This document shows positions 58,596 through 64,000 of a stretch of 64,000 bases of DNA, piece by piece. This DNA is from an uncultured Pseudomonadales bacterium. GTDB lineage: Bacteria > Patescibacteriota > Microgenomatia > UBA1400 > PJMF01. Made by a program: the position numbers and the translations under genes. The stretch's first letter is position 1. Each line of letters starts with the position of its first letter. A model generated the notes under the pieces. It searched no databases, was not told the origin of the DNA, and saw nothing but the letters and a program-made list of their open reading frames with translations. The stretch is taken from assembly GCA_964521215.1 (NCBI GenBank), contig CAZFRD010000002.1, forward strand, positions 10,798-74,797, written 5' to 3'.

Positions 58596-59029
58596 TGAGT
58601 GCGGGTGCTTCTCAGTCGGTGCTTTCAATTTATACCGACGGAGGATCTAGGGGCAACCCAGGTGCGGCTGCCACGGGCGTCGTTTTTTATATCGATGGGG
58701 CTGAGGTGCTAAGACAGGGAAAATACCTGGGCAGCCAAACAAACAATTTTGCAGAATACCAAGCCTTTTTAGATTCGCTTTTGGAATATCTGGCTCAAAA
58801 AGAAACGTGGAGAGTTACTGAAATTCGCTGGTTTCTTGATTCAAAACTTGTGGTTGAACAACTCAATGGTGCTTGGAGGGTAAAAGAATTGGCGCTCAGA
58901 GGGTTGTGGCAAGAATGTAATAACTTACTCGCTAAGTTGAAAATTCCCTACTCCATTTCCCATATTCCTCGAGAAAACAACGTGGTTGCAGACTCAATCG
59001 TCAATCAAACACTTGATGAAGTGGCTTAG
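58592..59029 (+). CDS. rnhA: Ribonuclease HI
   Basis: YTDGGSRGNPG, TNNFAEY, DSKLVVEQ and PRENNVVAD motifs. Confidence 0.9.
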   Translation: MMSAGASQSVLSIYTDGGSRGNPGAAATGVVFYIDGAEVLRQGKYLGSQTNNFAEYQAFLDSLLEYLAQKETWRVTEIRWFLDSKLVVEQLNGAWRVKELALRGLWQECNNLLAKLKIPYSISHIPRENNVVADSIVNQTLDEVA

Positions 59030-59050
59030 AAGACGATAGGATGCAAGTAC

Positions 59051-61990
59051 ATGAAAACTGCCCTTATTCAAGAAGAGCCAGTGGTGGCGGTGTTTTGTCA
59101 GAATCAAATCCTGACGAATTATTTTGTGAGTTTTTTAACCAGCGGAGGATTTGCTAGCTGGGTCTTTTCACCAAGTAATCCCATTCTAAAAGAGATAAAA
59201 GTCTACAAATGTTTAGTATTACTCACGGGCTTGGAAACCAAGGTTGAAGCCGAAAAACTATTGCTTGCGGCGTCACAACTGGGTGTTAATACCTTGGTTT
59301 GTCTCCCCACTCTGCCCCAACTAAGTGGGGCGGTGCCAGAACTCCAAGCGTTTTGGCAGACCTGGTTTTCACACACCAATGAGTTATTAACTCAATCGGT
59401 GGCCCAACTTACTACGGCTCAATTCATTTTGGTTGACGGCTGGGTAGATGAGCTTGGGGCGGAGCTTGTTTCTCCACTTAGCCTGCTTTTATCTAGTGTT
59501 TCTGAGGGCTTTTATTGGCAGTGCCGGTCGCCACTCTCCCTAGTTACCACCAAGCAACTGACTCAGGTAGTGTTGGGCAACTTAGGGCGACCGGCGGTGA
59601 TGCCCTCAATTTTACTTCGGGGTGAAAGCTGTGATTACTTTGCTGTATCAAACCAAATTGTGAGTTTGTATGAGACATATTTTCACACTCAAGTCCGACC
59701 AGTTGCTACTCAGGTTGCGCTTGAACTAAAACCGCTGTTTTTGGTTCAAGCGCAACAAACACCTTCACCTCAACAAAATATTGTCACAGCAATCGCCCAG
59801 CATCTACCGCCCCCAGGCAAAAAGAGTTGGGTGCTAGTGCCACCAGCAACATCGGCGCCACTGTCAATTTTAACGCCATCAAAGCCTGTTCAAACTACCC
59901 AGATCACCGAGGTTAGAAATCGGGTTAATTTGATTGCTAATCCTCAATTAGTCAGTCAGCCCACAAGTCAATCCACCACTAAGTCAAGCATCCAGATCAC
60001 TAATGTTGATACTCCAGTTGAGGTGACCACAAGTTTGTCTGCTCCCCCAGTTAAACCCTTAATTTTGGGTGATCAGCTAGAAAAAATTTTCTCTCAAACT
60101 CGGGTTAAAGAGAAAGAAAAACATCTTTTAAAGTTACAAAAGACCGAAAAAAAAGCACAAAAAAAACTCAAGCACAACAAGCTACTGTTTATTCTAGGCT
60201 CAATTAGCTCGGGTATTTCTCTGGCAATCCTATTATTGGTTGTGGCGTTTGTCACCACAACCACTTTGGCAAGAAAACAGTTATTTGCCGCTACTCCACA
60301 GTCGTTAGCCACCTTTTCTGAGTCTGGTGATCCTTCTCCTTCGCTAGGTATCACCATGGGTGTGTTGCAACCACAACTCCGCCTTATTGGTCAATTTGTG
60401 GATCACCCCTTAGTTGATGAGTCTCAGTCGTTGGTTGACGCTTTTCAACGACTAAGCACCATTCAGACACTAGAGAAAGAGCGACAAACCCTTGAATTAG
60501 CCATCGCTGGCCATATTATGGGTCAGCAAACCACTTCTCTAGAGGGGGTACTTGAAGATTTTACTCGCCTCACCCAGACTTCATACACCAATATGGCCCA
60601 ACTCCAATCGCTGTTCATCCCCACAGATTTGAGCGAAGACATTAATAAAGAATGGTTTGGTAGTTTGAACAATCTTATTAGCCAGAAAAAAAACATGGCG
60701 GGATATTTACAAACTCTGTCTCCCCTACTTCCGTCGCTTCTGGGTTTGGAGGATAAACCGAGGATTTATGCAATTTTGTTTTTAAACTCATCAGAGCTTC
60801 GACCAACTGGTGGATTTGTGCAAGCTGTGGCGCTCATCACTGTCGAAAAGGGACAAATTACCGCCACCCAAACCCTGAGTAGTTACGAAATCGATCGGCG
60901 TATTGGCGGGGTAATTGAGCCACCTCAAGACCTAGAAGACATCTTGAAGGAAAAGTCGTGGTACTTTAGAGACAGCAATTGGGATCCGCACCATCCAGAA
61001 AGCGCTAAGCGAGCGGCTTGGTTTATCGAAAAAGCTATGGGCGTTAGTGTCGACGGCGTGGTCTCGATGCCCACCACCGCTTTTGCCAAGCTACTAGATA
61101 CCACTGGGCCCCTCACGCTCCCCCAATATAACGAAAGTTTGACGAGTAAAAATATTCAAGAACGCCTAAATTTTCACGCCGAAGTCGAGTTGAGTGATCA
61201 GTTAAAAAACTACCCCAGCGCGGTGTTGGATGTTTTTTTTCAACACATTTTAAAAAAATCCAGTCAAGAATTTTTAGCGATTGTTTCAACCCTGCCCGAG
61301 CTATTTACGTCTGGAGATTTGCAGGTTAGCTTGTTGGAAGAAGCCGAACAAGAAATAATGCAACCCCTGCGTTGGTCTGGATCGTTGGTGTTGCCCATCT
61401 GCCCCAGTCAGTTTTCTCAGGTTCCCTGCGTTGTAGATTCGGTGTATCAGGTGGAAACTAATGTGGGTGTCAACCGAGTCAACTCTAGCATTAAGCGAAA
61501 AATTGAGGAGAATATTCAATTACTACCCGATTCAGTTAAACATCAGCGGAAGACTCAGCTTTCCAATACTGCTACCACCACGGCTTGGCCTAGTGGTCAG
61601 TACTCAGTTTATATTCGTTGGTTTTTGCCGCTGAAAAACGTTCTAGACGAAGTGGTGATCAATGGAATAAAAATTGACCAAAACAAACTAAGAATATCTC
61701 AAGAACACGGGATGTTAGTGGTGGGCGTGTTAGCCGAAGTCCCAATCCAGACGTCGGTGAATATTGAGTTGAATTATCACCAACCAACCACCCAGGCTCT
61801 CCCCTACTCTTACTTTTTCTTTGATCAAAAACAACCAGGAACCGAACTGGAAACCTACCAAGTCATTGTTGAACAGCCGACTGGTTCTTCAGTAGTGCGC
61901 TTGGCCCCCAACGCTTTAATTGAGTCCCCCACTCTCACTTTTGAGCCAGATAAAACTGGTCACCGGTTGACCGCAGTTCAGTTTAAATAA
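59051..61990 (+). CDS. DUF4012-domain membrane protein
   Basis: FLNSSELRPTGGF, FRDSNWDP, VDGV, ETNVGVNR and QKQPG motifs following a central TM segment. Confidence 0.75.
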   Translation: MKTALIQEEPVVAVFCQNQILTNYFVSFLTSGGFASWVFSPSNPILKEIKVYKCLVLLTGLETKVEAEKLLLAASQLGVNTLVCLPTLPQLSGAVPELQAFWQTWFSHTNELLTQSVAQLTTAQFILVDGWVDELGAELVSPLSLLLSSVSEGFYWQCRSPLSLVTTKQLTQVVLGNLGRPAVMPSILLRGESCDYFAVSNQIVSLYETYFHTQVRPVATQVALELKPLFLVQAQQTPSPQQNIVTAIAQHLPPPGKKSWVLVPPATSAPLSILTPSKPVQTTQITEVRNRVNLIANPQLVSQPTSQSTTKSSIQITNVDTPVEVTTSLSAPPVKPLILGDQLEKIFSQTRVKEKEKHLLKLQKTEKKAQKKLKHNKLLFILGSISSGISLAILLLVVAFVTTTTLARKQLFAATPQSLATFSESGDPSPSLGITMGVLQPQLRLIGQFVDHPLVDESQSLVDAFQRLSTIQTLEKERQTLELAIAGHIMGQQTTSLEGVLEDFTRLTQTSYTNMAQLQSLFIPTDLSEDINKEWFGSLNNLISQKKNMAGYLQTLSPLLPSLLGLEDKPRIYAILFLNSSELRPTGGFVQAVALITVEKGQITATQTLSSYEIDRRIGGVIEPPQDLEDILKEKSWYFRDSNWDPHHPESAKRAAWFIEKAMGVSVDGVVSMPTTAFAKLLDTTGPLTLPQYNESLTSKNIQERLNFHAEVELSDQLKNYPSAVLDVFFQHILKKSSQEFLAIVSTLPELFTSGDLQVSLLEEAEQEIMQPLRWSGSLVLPICPSQFSQVPCVVDSVYQVETNVGVNRVNSSIKRKIEENIQLLPDSVKHQRKTQLSNTATTTAWPSGQYSVYIRWFLPLKNVLDEVVINGIKIDQNKLRISQEHGMLVVGVLAEVPIQTSVNIELNYHQPTTQALPYSYFFFDQKQPGTELETYQVIVEQPTGSSVVRLAPNALIESPTLTFEPDKTGHRLTAVQFK

Positions 61991-62058
61991 GTTGATTAAT
62001 TTTGCCACCGTCAGATGAAAATAATTTGATATAATACTTGCCTAATTAAAGGAGTGTT

Positions 62059-62760
62059 ATGACCGATAATAAAATTACTTTTCACGTGCTCGAGAGAAAG
62101 TTGTTTGGCAAGGCTGTAAAAAAGCTAAAACGAGAGGGATATGTTCCCGCCAACGTCTATGGTTTAAATCAAGAATCACTTTCACTGGTACTAGAAAAAA
62201 AAGCGGTTGAAAAACAACTCAAACATTCCGAATCTGGTTTGGTTTACTTAGATTTAAGTGACCAGAATAAAACCATCCCTGCTCTGATTGATGTGGTTGA
62301 TCGTCATGTGATGACTAACGAATTACAGCATGTTTCGTTCAAAAGAGTCAACTTGACCGATAAAGTCGTGACCGATATCGAGTTGATTTTGGAGGGTGAA
62401 AACACGGTGCCCAACACCACAATCCTTCAGGTGCTCAACTCGGTTGAAGTTGAGTCTCTACCCACCGCTATTCCCGACCCAATCGTCATTGATGTCACTA
62501 AGTTGACTGAGGTGGGACAGGTAATTACAATAAAAGATCTGATTGATCAAACAAGACTTGCGATTGTTTGTGACGAAGATCAATTAGAAAATCCCGTCGT
62601 ATTACTCCAAGAAGTCAAAGAAGAGGTGGAGGAGGAAACCACCGAACCTCAAGAAACAATCATTACGGGCAAGGGTGGAGCGGCAGTCGACGAGGAGGCT
62701 GAGGACGCTGGCGCCCAGGGTGGAGAGAAAAAAGAGACTGTGGTTGACGAAGCCGAGTAG
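62059..62760 (+). CDS. rplY: 50S ribosomal protein L25 (Ctc type)
   Basis: GKAVKKLKREGYVPANVYG, HVSF and an acidic tail; SD AAGGAG. Confidence 0.9.
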   Translation: MTDNKITFHVLERKLFGKAVKKLKREGYVPANVYGLNQESLSLVLEKKAVEKQLKHSESGLVYLDLSDQNKTIPALIDVVDRHVMTNELQHVSFKRVNLTDKVVTDIELILEGENTVPNTTILQVLNSVEVESLPTAIPDPIVIDVTKLTEVGQVITIKDLIDQTRLAIVCDEDQLENPVVLLQEVKEEVEEETTEPQETIITGKGGAAVDEEAEDAGAQGGEKKETVVDEAE

Positions 62761-62763
62761 ACC

Positions 62764-63099
62764 TTACTTCTTATTATTTAGCGCCTCTTCAAGAATTTTT
62801 ACTTGTTGTTGTACCAGTACGGATCGTGGCTGGATTTCCTCGAGTGTTTTCCATTGATGATAAAGTTGTTGGATTTGTGATTGAGAATAGTAGCCAGAAG
62901 TTGGCTCGTCGTATGTTTGGGGTAGGGGAGAGGAATTTAAAAGCGGCAAAAGTGACTCGAGTAGTAGGGAAAAAACCACGATTAAGAAGATTGAAAGACT
63001 GAGAAAAAAAGGCTGATATCTTTTAGTAAATGCCAACAACAGTTGAGTGAGTGTTTCAACCAAAAGATAGGCGAGTCGTAGAGAAAATATTAGTCCCAC
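62764..63099 (-). CDS. Small membrane protein
   Basis: Hydrophobic segment; TATACT lies 6 nt before the GTG. Confidence 0.5.
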   Translation of the reverse strand: MGLIFSLRLAYLLVETLTQLLLAFTKRYQPFFLSLSIFLIVVFSLLLESLLPLLNSSPLPQTYDEPTSGYYSQSQIQQLYHQWKTLEEIQPRSVLVQQQVKILEEALNNKK

Positions 63100-63129
63100 T
63101 CCCTTAGTATATCGCTTTTTCTCAGAAAA

Positions 63130-64000
63130 TCAGTTGGGGAGTGGTTCACTAGCGCTTGGCCAAGAGCTAGTGGCAAGTAGATCACCGGTGACAAGCTTGG
63201 CCTGAACCAACTCATGCCAAATTACCTCGGTGACGAAGGGTATAAAAGGGTGAAGTTGCTTAACAAAAACTAGTAATCCAGCTATCAAATCATCGGTTTT
63301 CAACAAACCATGTTTGTGTCGTTCAATTTCTATATCACAATACCAATGCCAAAACTCGTTATAAAGCGTGTCGGCGGCTAAACCGGGTTTCAGCGAGCTG
63401 AGTTGTTGAGTGACGTCATGACTTACCTGAATAAGTTTTTGGTTAAAATCAGTGTTGTCAGCTGGGGCTGAATCAGCCATGGACTCATTTTTTACGGTTA
63501 ATACGTAGCGGGCCGCATTCCATAATTTATTGGTAAAATTGCGGGCGGCCCGAAAATCGGCATCGGCCACTACCTTGTCTTGCCCAGGTGTAGACCGAAT
63601 AATGAGGGCGAGGCGCAGAGCGTCGGCGCCGTATTTTTCCACGATCTCTAGAGGATTAATGACGTTGCCCTTGCTTTTACTCATTTTTTGACCCCTGGTG
63701 TCACGAATTAGTCCGTGCAAATACACGTGAGCAAAGGGCGTTTCTCCGGTGAGATAGGTGCAGAGTAACAGCATGCGCATCACCCAGAACAGTAAAATAT
63801 CGTAGGCTGTTTCCATAACTGTGGTGGGGTAGTAGTGATCAAAATCCGTGGGGTTGGCTTGCGTTTTGAGTGTCACTACGGGCCATTGTCCAGACGAAAA
63901 CCAAGTATCAAAAGTATCAGTTTCAGGTAAATACTGATGTTCGTCATTTGGTTGTTGGGCGCCAACTTGGTAGGGCACGGCGGTGGAGGCACTGAGAGTT
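63130..64000 (-). CDS. valS: Valyl-tRNA synthetase, C-terminal part (5' end outside the window)
   Basis: DTFDTWFSSGQWP, ETAYDILLFWV, KMSKSKGN, GADALR, NFTNKLWNA and LHPFIPFVTE motifs. Confidence 0.93.
   Translation of the reverse strand, partial: TLSASTAVPYQVGAQQPNDEHQYLPETDTFDTWFSSGQWPVVTLKTQANPTDFDHYYPTTVMETAYDILLFWVMRMLLLCTYLTGETPFAHVYLHGLIRDTRGQKMSKSKGNVINPLEIVEKYGADALRLALIIRSTPGQDKVVADADFRAARNFTNKLWNAARYVLTVKNESMADSAPADNTDFNQKLIQVSHDVTQQLSSLKPGLAADTLYNEFWHWYCDIEIERHKHGLLKTDDLIAGLLVFVKQLHPFIPFVTEVIWHELVQAKLVTGDLLATSSWPSASEPLPN

Noticed and set aside
547-62857. Numerous short ORFs in the track that overlap long genes on the opposite strand or in another frame (e.g. 547-774, 25454-25936, 25485-25904, 47411-47830, 54636-54995)
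   Set aside because: They are shadow ORFs of well-supported genes and carry no recognisable motifs.
1-64000. tRNA, rRNA or tmRNA genes
   Set aside because: None were recognised. Intergenic gaps are short and show no cloverleaf or T-loop signature by eye; tRNAscan-SE or Infernal would be needed to exclude them fully.

Overview
A chromosomal backbone region around the replication origin of a bacterium that is very probably Patescibacteria/CPR, Microgenomates-like. That assignment is inferred from gene content: compact intergenic spaces, an ATP-dependent ligase, a DUF4012 protein, a VirB2-like pilin array and PrgI/VirB4 genes next to dnaA. 1-27 kb (mostly minus strand): type IV pilus pilC/pilB, a VirD4/TraG-like ATPase, lgt, nagZ, a divergent Glu/Leu/Phe/Val dehydrogenase, pth, glycosyltransferases, an ATP-dependent DNA ligase, two AbrB-PIN toxin-antitoxin pairs flanking Fic and nnrD, recF and a SpoIID-type hydrolase. 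27-54 kb (mostly plus strand): a type IV secretion-like locus with no relaxase or integrase in the window. It has ten tandem VirB2-like pilins with variable, often Cys-rich N-termini, a REP-like hairpin array, a 1274-aa glycoside-hydrolase-like secreted protein, a VirB6-like protein, orphan genes, a 1376-aa M23 peptidase, PrgI and VirB4, and it abuts dnaA. 54-64 kb: dnaA, oriC (DnaA boxes and DnaA-trios), dnaN, rpmH, yidD, yidC, jag, rnhA, DUF4012, rplY and a partial valS. Most notable are the diversified pilin array, the covarying hairpin repeats inside it, the candidate effector orphans, and -10 boxes lying 6-10 nt before many start codons, which suggests widespread leaderless mRNAs. All calls rest on motif recognition by eye; no database searches were run.
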